Positions 18,692 to 26,766 of a stretch of 36,543 bases of DNA are shown here, one piece after another. The notes under the pieces are model-generated. The model saw only the letters and a program-made list of their open reading frames with translations. It made no database searches and was not told where the DNA came from. Location: assembly GCA_023253435.1 (NCBI GenBank), contig JALRGJ010000001.1:1-36543 (forward strand), in the 5' to 3' direction. The DNA is from Ilumatobacteraceae bacterium (GTDB lineage: Bacteria > Actinomycetota > Acidimicrobiia > Acidimicrobiales > Ilumatobacteraceae). The position numbers and the translations under genes are program-made. Positions within the stretch are counted from its first letter, which is position 1. The number at the start of each line of letters is the position of its first letter.

Positions 18692-19324
18692 ATGCGTTCG
18701 TGGTTGTTCAAAGTTGTTTTGATTTCTGTTGCAACTTTGGGAAGTGTGTTGACACATGGTTTTCAGGCAAATGCGCAATCGCTTTTTCTTCCTGTAAAAA
18801 CAGACGTTCATGGTGATGTTGGCAGATGGGATCCATGCAGTGCCATTGAGTGGAAAATCGGCGGCATTCGCAACAATAAGTATTTCGATGAACGAGTTCG
18901 TTCATCTGTGAATCAATTGGTTCAAGCAACTGGTTTGCAATTTCGTTTTGCTGGAATTGCTTCTGCAGAGGAAACCATCAATGCGCCACTGAATACGCTT
19001 GTGGTGTCTTTAGTTCCTCAACTCGCTAGTTCCATGGTGGGTGGCACCACACGCTTGACGTACTCCCAGGGAATTAATGAGTCGTTGGTAATTACTGGTG
19101 CAACAGTTCACATCAATGCACGCATTACAAAAGGGCATCTGAGAAAGCACCTCACACCAGTACTGCTGCATGAGCTCGGTCATGCCGTGGGGCTTGCTCA
19201 CGTTGATGATGCCAGCAACATTATGTATCCACGTGCGATTAAGCAGAAGAAGTACACCGTTGCAGATGTTGCCAATTTCTCAGTATTTGGTGCTGTGGCG
19301 GGTTGTCACCCAGTGAAGAATTAG
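18692..19324 (+). CDS. Secreted matrixin-like (M10) zinc metalloprotease
   Basis: It has a signal peptide (MRSWLFKVVLISVATLGSVLTHGFQANA), the HExxHxxGxxH motif (HELGHAVGLAH) and the Met-turn IMYP. There is no SD. TATCAT lies 7 nt upstream of the ATG, so the transcript may be leaderless. Confidence 0.85.
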   Translation: MRSWLFKVVLISVATLGSVLTHGFQANAQSLFLPVKTDVHGDVGRWDPCSAIEWKIGGIRNNKYFDERVRSSVNQLVQATGLQFRFAGIASAEETINAPLNTLVVSLVPQLASSMVGGTTRLTYSQGINESLVITGATVHINARITKGHLRKHLTPVLLHELGHAVGLAHVDDASNIMYPRAIKQKKYTVADVANFSVFGAVAGCHPVKN

Positions 19325-19944
19325 CGAATCTTTAGACCCATTCGTGGGCCATCGGGGCCATCAACTTCCACCATGCGCTCGTCAATGTCATCAAATTCAA
19401 GACGTAATGCGCGAGTCATGACTGCGTGCATTTCGTACATGCTGATGATGTACGTGAACTCCAGTATTTCCTCGTCTGACAAAAATTTCTTCAGTTCATT
19501 AAAGACGCCGTCGGCTACGCGACCGCCGTCGTATACAAGCGCATCGGTATATGCCATAACTGCTCGCTCTTGTGGGGTGAAGCATGTGGCTACTTCCCAG
19601 TGAGGAATAGCTTCAATCTTTTCTTCGCTTATTCCAGCGGTTCTGCAGCTCTTGCAGTGCTGAGAAAATACAAACAGGCTTTGTCTTGCCCAACCACAGC
19701 GAGTCATACCCAGTTCTCGAAGTTGAGGATCAAGTTTGCGTTCGGGATTTTGATAGAGCTGAAAACCTTTTACGGAGTGCTCAAATATTTCAGGCACAAG
19801 TGCAAACACTGTCCACCAGTCACCAGGAGTTCCCGTAGCAGTACCCCTTTCTTTTACCGGGTCTCTATCTCCAAACAGCAGGTTGTACATGCTGAGCACA
19901 ACACCTGAAGCTTCTGCCCTTGGAACTTCTTTTAGCCGTCTCAT
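19321..19944 (-). CDS. Carboxymuconolactone decarboxylase (CMD/AhpD-like) family protein
   Basis: 207 aa. The family call rests on overall resemblance (N-terminus ...EASGVVLSMYNLLFG..., alpha-helical). An SD (GGGGGA) lies upstream. Its stop codon overlaps the convergent metalloprotease stop (19321-19324). Confidence 0.7.
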   Translation of the reverse strand: MRRLKEVPRAEASGVVLSMYNLLFGDRDPVKERGTATGTPGDWWTVFALVPEIFEHSVKGFQLYQNPERKLDPQLRELGMTRCGWARQSLFVFSQHCKSCRTAGISEEKIEAIPHWEVATCFTPQERAVMAYTDALVYDGGRVADGVFNELKKFLSDEEILEFTYIISMYEMHAVMTRALRLEFDDIDERMVEVDGPDGPRMGLKIR

Positions 19945-20032
19945 TTATCCCCCGAAGTCTCTGCTGTGTTACAGCTTGATATGAAAACTAGTCCCAGAAC
20001 GTTGGGTGTATTCACGCCGATAGCGTGACGGC

Positions 20033-20809
20033 ATGGAGTCGAAAGTCAGTCCAGCTGCATTTTTTGGTCATGGAAGCCCCATGAACACTCTTGAGCACAA
20101 CGTGTACACAGAAGGTTGGCATACATTTGGAGCCTCTATCGAAAAGCCTCGCGCAATTCTGGTGATTTCTGCTCATTGGTACATCAATGCCACTGCGGTG
20201 ACAGCGATGAGTCAGCCCAAGACAATCCATGATTTTTACGGTTTCCCACAAGAGTTGTTCGATATCCAATATCCAGCTCTAGGTTTACCGGAATTAGCCC
20301 ACGAGGTTGCTGAGGTAGTGAAGCCAACGTGGGTGGGGATGGACACAGATAGTTGGGGTCTCGATCATGGAACGTGGTCGGTATTGCACCATATGTTTCC
20401 TCAAGCAGATGTTCCCGTTGTTCAGCTCTCTATCGATGCAAGTAAAGGTTTTGACTATCACTTATCTTTAGGCGCCGCTCTTGCACCCTTGCGAGAAAGC
20501 GGAGTTCTGATTCTGGGAAGCGGAAATATCGTGCACAATTTGGGGGCACTGCAGTGGGATAAACCCGATGCAGGGACTGAGTGGGCGATGTCATTTGATG
20601 ATGTGGTGCGAGACATTATGACGTCCGATCCTTCTCGGTTGCCATCCATTACTTCTCACCCTGCATATGTCAAAGCAGTTCCAACTCCAGATCATTTCAT
20701 TCCATCGCTATATGTGGCAGGTTTAGCGACTGCTGCGCAAACCGTGGCTCAACCCACCTTGCGTGGTTATGCAATGGGATCGTTGTCGATGACGTCGTAC
20801 ATCATCTAA
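20033..20809 (+). CDS. Class III extradiol ring-cleavage dioxygenase (4,5-DOPA dioxygenase / YgiD-like)
   Basis: It has FFGHGSPMNTLE at the N-terminus, ISAHW and GSGNIVHNL. Confidence 0.85.
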   Translation: MESKVSPAAFFGHGSPMNTLEHNVYTEGWHTFGASIEKPRAILVISAHWYINATAVTAMSQPKTIHDFYGFPQELFDIQYPALGLPELAHEVAEVVKPTWVGMDTDSWGLDHGTWSVLHHMFPQADVPVVQLSIDASKGFDYHLSLGAALAPLRESGVLILGSGNIVHNLGALQWDKPDAGTEWAMSFDDVVRDIMTSDPSRLPSITSHPAYVKAVPTPDHFIPSLYVAGLATAAQTVAQPTLRGYAMGSLSMTSYII

Positions 20810-20820
20810 TACATTGAGAC

Positions 20821-22038
20821 ATGGTGAATCCATTTGCAACTCTGAAATCTGTGGTTCGATTTGGGCGAATAGAAACAAATCGTGTTGAACGCAGAATGCA
20901 ACGTGCGGCAAATGTTCACGACTTGCGAAGGATTGCAAAACGAAGACTTCCAGGTGGTGTGTTTGATTACATCGATGGTGCCGCTGAAGATGAGAGAACT
21001 TATGTAGCTAACGAGCAGGCATTTGCTCAAGCTGTTTTTTCCCCGCGCGTTCTTGCAGGGGTGGGATCAATTGATACCTCTTCTACTCTTCTAGGGCAAA
21101 AAGTTCCATTCCCTCTAGTTCTTGCACCTACCGGCTTTACGCGTATTGCAGATCCTCAAGGTGAACTAGCTGTTGCTCGTGCTGCTCATTCAGCCCAGCT
21201 TCCTTACACTCTTTCCACTTTAAGTACCCGTTCCATTGAAGAAGTCAGATCAGTTTCTGATGGTCGACTGTGGTTTCAGGTGTATGCATGGCGAGATCGC
21301 GGTCTTGTAAAGGAAATGGTGCAACGGGCGGCTGATGCACGCTATGAGGCGCTGATGTTGACTGTTGATACGGCAGTCTTAGGACGACGAGAACGTGATG
21401 TTCGACGGGGTTTCTCTCTACCACCGAGTATTGGGCCAAAAACTTTTATTGACGGAGCGTTGCATCCTTCTTGGACTTTCTCGTTTCTGAAAAACGAACC
21501 GATCAGATTCGCCAATGTTGTGGGCAACTCAGTGGGAGATGGCGCATCACCGGTCACTTTGTCTGACTATGTGAATACACAGTTTGATCCCAATTTGTCT
21601 TGGGAAGACATTGATTGGTTGCGATCAATTTGGCAAGGTCCGATTCTTGTGAAAGGAATTCAGCGAGTAGAAGATGCGGTGACCGCCTCAAACATGGGGG
21701 TTTCTGGCATCATCTTGAGTAATCATGGTGGTCGTCAACTAGACGGTTCTCCCGCAACTTTTTCTCTCATTAGTCCCGTTGCAGATGCAGTGAACGGAAC
21801 GACAGAAATTTTTGTGGATGGTGGAGTTCGCCGGGGAAGTGACGTGGTGAAGGCAGTTGCAGCGGGTGCAACAGGAGCCATGATTGGTCGAGCATATTTA
21901 TATGGTCTAGGTGCAGGTGGGGAGCAGGGGGTACGTAAAGTGCTCAATTGGTTCCAGGCAGACATTGAGCGAACCATGTATCTCATCGGCGCACGATCTA
22001 TGAGTGAACTAGACCGCACGTTTCTCGCTCAGCAATAG
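20821..22038 (+). CDS. FMN-dependent alpha-hydroxy-acid dehydrogenase/oxidase (LldD-like)
   Basis: It has FDYIDGAAEDE, SNHGGRQLD and DGGVRRGSDV. It starts 11 nt after the dioxygenase stop. Confidence 0.9.
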   Translation: MVNPFATLKSVVRFGRIETNRVERRMQRAANVHDLRRIAKRRLPGGVFDYIDGAAEDERTYVANEQAFAQAVFSPRVLAGVGSIDTSSTLLGQKVPFPLVLAPTGFTRIADPQGELAVARAAHSAQLPYTLSTLSTRSIEEVRSVSDGRLWFQVYAWRDRGLVKEMVQRAADARYEALMLTVDTAVLGRRERDVRRGFSLPPSIGPKTFIDGALHPSWTFSFLKNEPIRFANVVGNSVGDGASPVTLSDYVNTQFDPNLSWEDIDWLRSIWQGPILVKGIQRVEDAVTASNMGVSGIILSNHGGRQLDGSPATFSLISPVADAVNGTTEIFVDGGVRRGSDVVKAVAAGATGAMIGRAYLYGLGAGGEQGVRKVLNWFQADIERTMYLIGARSMSELDRTFLAQQ

Positions 22039-22050
22039 TTTTAGGGTTGC

Positions 22051-22623
22051 TTATCCCTTATTAATAAGGTGCAAAATTGCGTTACTGACCGCTTCAGCAG
22101 CTCTGTTACCTAGGTCTTCGTTCATGACATCTAATGACCGCAGTTCAATCAACGACTTTGTGACGGCATAGATTTCATCAGACATCTTTTTCCTATCGTC
22201 ACCCAGCCATGCTTGGTATTGGTTATTGAGCAAGATGTCTCTCGCACGCCGAATTTCGCTTGCTTGACTGAACCGAGCTGAATGGGTTTCCAGGGTTCGG
22301 ATCATGGCTGAGTGTTTACGAACGTATTCAAGTCGCAAATCCACCAAAGCCCTGAGGCGGTGTTCCATGTTGCCCTCAACTGGCTCAGTACTGAAATAGG
22401 GAGCAATTTGGGGGATGAGGTAGTCGGTCACAGCTTCGATGAGTTGGTCTTGTGAATTGAAATAGCGGAACAAAGTTCGCTCAGAGATCCCGGTTCGTTC
22501 AGCAAGTAACGCCATCGTTTGGACTTGCCCACCTTCAGAGAAGATCTGAGCTGCGGTTTCTAATGCTTGTTGGCGCCCGCGATTGCGCCGTTCATGGCGT
22601 CCATCTGTTGCGTTTTCCACCAT
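22051..22623 (-). CDS. TetR/AcrR family transcriptional regulator
   Basis: HTH: MALLAERTGISERTLFRYFNSQDQL. An SD (GGAGG) lies upstream. It is divergent from the large secreted-protein gene. Confidence 0.85.
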   Translation of the reverse strand: MVENATDGRHERRNRGRQQALETAAQIFSEGGQVQTMALLAERTGISERTLFRYFNSQDQLIEAVTDYLIPQIAPYFSTEPVEGNMEHRLRALVDLRLEYVRKHSAMIRTLETHSARFSQASEIRRARDILLNNQYQAWLGDDRKKMSDEIYAVTKSLIELRSLDVMNEDLGNRAAEAVSNAILHLINKG

Positions 22624-22641
22624 TTTGAGGCCTCCAAAGTA

Positions 22642-22671
22642 TTGACAGTCATTCTGCCATTTCTTTAGGCT
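22642..22671 (+). promoter_or_regulatory. Putative sigma-70-type promoter giving a leaderless transcript of the large secreted-protein gene
   Basis: TTGACA lies at 22642-22647, followed by an 18-bp spacer and TAGGCT (TANNNT) at 22666-22671. Exactly 6 nt then separate it from the A of the ATG at 22678. There is no SD upstream of that ATG. Confidence 0.35.
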
Positions 22672-22677
22672 GTGTGC

Positions 22678-25600
22678 ATGTCAGCCAATTCTGCGTCTTC
22701 CATCCCCGTCCGTCGACTTCTTCTTGGAGTTGTGTCCCTGATGGCCTCGATTGTGGTGGTGGGGGTAGCCCCTAGCGCTGTGTCTGCTCAGGAAGAGGGG
22801 AAAGGCGCTCCAGATTTTCGACCACCATCAACGGAGATGGTGACTACTCGACTTGAATTACCAGAAGGCAACATTGTTCATCCGGGAAAATCACGACCAG
22901 TGCATGCGGTGTTTCATAACTCCGGATTCGATGCGGCGAACAACTTTGGTGTTTATGTGAAATCCCCTAAGGGAACTCAGGTCACTACTACATCGAAAAA
23001 TTGGTCATGTTCAAAAGAGTGGACACTGAAGGGTTACAAGTGTTCATATGCAAAGTCGCTTGAGGGTGAATCAGATGTAGATGCAATCTTTACGATCAAG
23101 AGTTTCAAAGATACTCCTGATGGCAAAGAGCATGTTTCTGTAACTCCATTTACATCTTCAAAGAAAAAAATTGAATCTCAAACCACTCCTTACACGATTG
23201 TGGATCTCGGCGACGCAGTTTTGCTTCCCCATGTTCAACACTTTTCACAGAACAAATGGAAAAAATGGACTGACGGAAGTCATGTAAAGACATACGCACA
23301 TGAGAAATATCGCTATCGCATTGTTGTTAATAATGAAGGGCACGAGACCCTGAAGAAGGGTTCCATTATTAACCTGCGTCAAAGAATCGGAAAGCATGTT
23401 GATCTCAATTCAGTAAAGGTGGCATTGGGTTACGGAACATGCTCCACTAAAAACAAAACTGTTAGCTGTGCACTGCGAGCAAGTGAAGATATTAAGCCAG
23501 GTGCTCATCTCACTTCAGTAGATGTCACCGTGACTCCACGTTCTGAAGAGGAACGAGTAAAACTCGGACTCATCTCTGTGACAAATCCGAAGAGTAAAGC
23601 ACTGCATTCTGCAAACGTGAATTTGGAGTCAACTCACCGTCCACCTTCTGTCAACATTGAACTGCATCATCGAACCCATGGTGAAGTGGGAGGAATTGCT
23701 CAAGTTGACGTCAAGCTTGAGAACATTTCGAAAAACATCACACACAAATCGCTCACAATGACGGCAAAGATGCCAAAAGAGATTTCATTCCGCAAGGTAA
23801 CTGGAACTGGATGGTCGTGTCAGCAAGAAGCCCGCATTTTGGAATGTAGGTATCGAGGAACAGTGGCGCCTAAGGCAACGTCTAAGAAAGCTGATATTTA
23901 CTTCCATATCTCCAAGAATGCATCTCCGAATGCTGATGGCTATGAGATTGACTTCTTGTCTGAGCACGCGGTGCGTCGATTCAATATGCCAGTTTTGCCA
24001 GCAATTGAACTCAATGTAGAAGCAACACCAGCTTCACTCTCCACGCAGTCAGATGTGAGAAGCAATATGGTGCGTTTAGATGCCGATGAGACACTTGATA
24101 ACGGAAATGCAGTGGACTACCAGTGGGTTCAACGCTGTACAACGGCACAAGATGTTCGAAAGTTTGATGCTTGTCCAAGCGGATCACCAGCACCAAAGGC
24201 GACTCTCAAGCACATCTATCAACCGCGTGCCCATGCTCTTATTCCTGATGTTGAAAAGAAGACAACGTTTGTTTTTGAGCTTCGCGCTTCTACTGAATCT
24301 TCTTCTGTAGAAAAAGTGGTGAAAGTTAAGGCATCTCCTCAATCAGTTTCTGCGGCTGGGGTGAGCTCTTGGGCAGTGACCACACCATCTTGGATTTCTA
24401 ACGCTCTTGTTGATGCGCAAGTAACTATCACCAATCCTGTTTTATCAAAGGGAAATTTCACCGCTGATGCCACCTTGCCTCAATCCATCATGGATCGATT
24501 CAAAGTGCCAAAGGATCAGAAGTTCTTATTGACAGCAACAGAGGTGCAGGGCAAAGAGTGCATAGTTATTCACGCCGGTGATACTAAAACAACTATCAAC
24601 ATGTTCTCGTTCACTACGGCGAATATGAAAGCAAAGTCGTTTGATTACATCGTGGCGCCTGCTTCTTGTACCTATTCAGGTGATACTTACAAAGGTCTCG
24701 GGTTGAGAATCAATGGTGAGGTTTTCGGTAATACTTTGACTTTCTCTGGTCCGGTGACGTTGACTCCAGCGTTGAAAGTGGATGCAAAGGCAACTACTAC
24801 AAGTTTGAATGTTTCGTTACCTGCGGGATCATTCAAATTTAAAAACGTCATCATTGGACTTCTGGTAGATGACTCAGCGGGTACCGCCAAGTTATCGATG
24901 GGCGGTGCATTCAATGTTTTCGGACTTGATATTGATGTAGTCGGAAATATTTCTGTACCCACCGGTGTAGGCGGTGCAGCTTTGGATGGCATGCAGGTGT
25001 CATTGACTACATCTACTTCACGAACATTCAAATTTGATGATGTGTCACTCAGTGATATGAGTCTGACAATTGGTCTGCGGTACACGCCGATATTGGCGGC
25101 AGACAAGGGGTTGATCTCTGTAAATGGCACCGGAACATTGGAGTTCATGGGTACCTCAGTAAAGATCTCACAACTTGAGGTGGACTTTGCCAACGGCCAA
25201 ATTGTTTCCACTCTCATTAAGGTCAGCGCAAATATGAAGATTCCTTCTATGAAGGAAGCCAAGGCTGATCTCTCTGTGATGTGGATTGCTGCTCAACCAG
25301 CAAAGCCGCTGCCTTCTGATGCCCCCAAGAATTCACCGGCACCATTGCCAACCCCGGCGTCTTTATCCGTTGACTTGACGGCAATTTTTGTCACCGACTC
25401 CGGTTTCTCTATTGGAACTCCTGCAAACCCTGCTTACTTGCACTACCGCAGCGGTCAGTGCATCTCAATGGGTGGACAAGTGATCGTTCCGGGAATTCTC
25501 GATGCAACAGTTTCCGGTTACCTGGTGACAGGTTTGCCATGTATGCCTGCGGCAATCAAGATGGGAGATGTACCCATTGTTGGTAAGCGTTCCATCTTGG

Positions 25601-26679
25601 CTGAAGTGCCACTACCTGTGGCCCCAGGAGATTGGCGTTTCGATGCTTCAAACGTGAAAATCACATTGGGTGGCTTTACAGCAACCGGAAACTTCACCAT
25701 TGGAAAAATGTACGGAGTTCCTTACGGATCACTCGATGCCCTCATTAATCTCACACCCTCTGACACAAAGAACACCATTTATGTACAGGGAAGTGTTGAT
25801 CCGTTAACTGGTGTGAAGTTAAAGGGTGAAGCTGATCTTCAAGTTGCTGGCGTGATGGCTCACTTCACGATTGATGCCGCCATGACCACTACAGATCAAC
25901 ACATTGCAGCTTCAGCAGATCTGAAGTTGGGTGGTTCTAAGTTCAGGCTCTCAGGCTATTTCGGACTTGAAAAGTATCAAGGACGAATGGTGCCATCTCA
26001 GAGTTTCACTGCATCGGTACCCAACTTTGAGATTGACGGATTCAAACTGGGATCTGCAGAACTGTCTATGTCTCAAACTCCAACTTCTGCAAGTGTGAGC
26101 GCTGCCCTCAAAGTGAATCTGGGCCTACTCAAATTTGATGGTGCTGCGTCATTCCACACTGTGAAAGATGGCGTGGCCATAACGGTAGATGCAGATGGAG
26201 AAATTGAAGTAAGTGATAAATGGAAGGGCGATATGTCTTTCCACATTTCAACCTGTGGCAATGATGCATGTACTTCAATGGGACCTCTAAAGATCACCGC
26301 AGGAGGACATGCTGTCATTCAAGGAAAGAAATTCGATTTAGGAACCATCAAATTCAATTCCGGCGGACACTTCAAAGAAAAGATCCGCTACAGCGACGAA
26401 TCTTGTGATAAGTCTGGAACGAAGGGTGGAATTCAGTTTGAAGGTTGCTTCAAGTACTCCATCATTGCGGAGATTTCAGACACTGCCCCTTATGCGCTGC
26501 TAGATGCTGACGCATCTCTGCACGTAAAGAGCAGAAGTCGTTGCACCTTGTGTATTCCAAAGAGATGGTACGGCTGGGACAGCTGGGGCACATTGTCTGG
26601 TGGTATTGAAGTGCAGTTTGATCCATTCAAACTTCGTCTTCACGTAGGAAGTATCAACATAAGTTTCAGCGGTAAATAG
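22678..26679 (+). CDS. Large secreted protein (1333 aa). It has three DUF11/CARDB-like Ig-fold modules, one PKD-like module and a ~780-aa C-terminal region of unknown family.
   Basis: The signal peptide is MSANSASSIPVRRLLLGVVSLMASIVVVGVAPSAVSA/QE. Three modules carry N-x-G...W/G-x-C...C...hydrophobic-strand patterns: FHNSGFDAA...NWSCSKEWTLKGYKCSY, VNNEGHETL...GYGTCSTKNKTVSCAL and LENISKNIT...GWSCQQEARILECRY. The segment DYQWVQ...TTFVFELRAS is PKD-like. I see no LPXTG motif, no C-terminal TM segment and no RTX or YD repeats. Confidence 0.85.
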   Translation: MSANSASSIPVRRLLLGVVSLMASIVVVGVAPSAVSAQEEGKGAPDFRPPSTEMVTTRLELPEGNIVHPGKSRPVHAVFHNSGFDAANNFGVYVKSPKGTQVTTTSKNWSCSKEWTLKGYKCSYAKSLEGESDVDAIFTIKSFKDTPDGKEHVSVTPFTSSKKKIESQTTPYTIVDLGDAVLLPHVQHFSQNKWKKWTDGSHVKTYAHEKYRYRIVVNNEGHETLKKGSIINLRQRIGKHVDLNSVKVALGYGTCSTKNKTVSCALRASEDIKPGAHLTSVDVTVTPRSEEERVKLGLISVTNPKSKALHSANVNLESTHRPPSVNIELHHRTHGEVGGIAQVDVKLENISKNITHKSLTMTAKMPKEISFRKVTGTGWSCQQEARILECRYRGTVAPKATSKKADIYFHISKNASPNADGYEIDFLSEHAVRRFNMPVLPAIELNVEATPASLSTQSDVRSNMVRLDADETLDNGNAVDYQWVQRCTTAQDVRKFDACPSGSPAPKATLKHIYQPRAHALIPDVEKKTTFVFELRASTESSSVEKVVKVKASPQSVSAAGVSSWAVTTPSWISNALVDAQVTITNPVLSKGNFTADATLPQSIMDRFKVPKDQKFLLTATEVQGKECIVIHAGDTKTTINMFSFTTANMKAKSFDYIVAPASCTYSGDTYKGLGLRINGEVFGNTLTFSGPVTLTPALKVDAKATTTSLNVSLPAGSFKFKNVIIGLLVDDSAGTAKLSMGGAFNVFGLDIDVVGNISVPTGVGGAALDGMQVSLTTSTSRTFKFDDVSLSDMSLTIGLRYTPILAADKGLISVNGTGTLEFMGTSVKISQLEVDFANGQIVSTLIKVSANMKIPSMKEAKADLSVMWIAAQPAKPLPSDAPKNSPAPLPTPASLSVDLTAIFVTDSGFSIGTPANPAYLHYRSGQCISMGGQVIVPGILDATVSGYLVTGLPCMPAAIKMGDVPIVGKRSILAEVPLPVAPGDWRFDASNVKITLGGFTATGNFTIGKMYGVPYGSLDALINLTPSDTKNTIYVQGSVDPLTGVKLKGEADLQVAGVMAHFTIDAAMTTTDQHIAASADLKLGGSKFRLSGYFGLEKYQGRMVPSQSFTASVPNFEIDGFKLGSAELSMSQTPTSASVSAALKVNLGLLKFDGAASFHTVKDGVAITVDADGEIEVSDKWKGDMSFHISTCGNDACTSMGPLKITAGGHAVIQGKKFDLGTIKFNSGGHFKEKIRYSDESCDKSGTKGGIQFEGCFKYSIIAEISDTAPYALLDADASLHVKSRSRCTLCIPKRWYGWDSWGTLSGGIEVQFDPFKLRLHVGSINISFSGK

Positions 26680-26689
26680 CTGATTTTGG

Positions 26690-26710
26690 CCGTGGTGAAG
26701 TTCACCACGG
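26690..26710 (+). terminator. Stem-loop 11 nt after the large gene's stop codon (possible attenuator or terminator, no U-tract)
   Basis: CCGTGGTGAA-G-TTCACCACGG is a perfect 10+10 palindrome. A realistic hairpin would be ~8 bp with a 5-nt loop. It is not followed by a T-run, so intrinsic-terminator function is uncertain. Confidence 0.35.
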
Positions 26711-26728
26711 GATAGCAATAAACCAGTA

Positions 26729-26764
26729 GGTTCTCCTTCGTATCGTGAGATATGAAGGAGAACC
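26729..26764 (+). promoter_or_regulatory. Shine-Dalgarno-sequestering hairpin in the heliorhodopsin leader
   Basis: GGTTCTCCTTC (26729-26739) is the exact reverse complement of GAAGGAGAACC (26754-26764), with a 14-nt loop. The 3' arm contains the AAGGAG SD (26755-26760), which sits 6 nt before the ATG at 26767. The 5' arm contains CTCCTT, an anti-SD mimic. Confidence 0.5.
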
Positions 26765-26766
26765 CC

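Noticed and set aside
22643-22651. TGAC-A-GTCA mini-palindrome as the operator for the divergent TetR
   Set aside because: The arms are only 4 bp and it coincides with the -35 TTGACA. It is not distinguishable from chance.
22672-22677. GTG at 22672 as the start of the giant gene
   Set aside because: It abuts the putative -10 box. The ATG at 22678 fits the leaderless spacing and gives a normal signal-peptide n-region.
24687-25262. 191-aa minus-strand ORF inside the giant gene
   Set aside because: It is a shadow ORF antisense to a continuous 4-kb coding frame, with no motif and no SD.
22678-26679. The giant protein as a sortase-anchored adhesin, RTX toxin or Rhs/polymorphic toxin
   Set aside because: It has no LPXTG or C-terminal anchor, no GGxGxD nonapeptide repeats, no YD repeats, and no downstream immunity-like small ORF, since the next gene is the heliorhodopsin.
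26752-26766. Upstream ATG (MKENPMDV...) as the heliorhodopsin start
   Set aside because: It has no SD, and the AAGGAG that follows it is perfectly placed for the ATG at 26767. It cannot be fully excluded.
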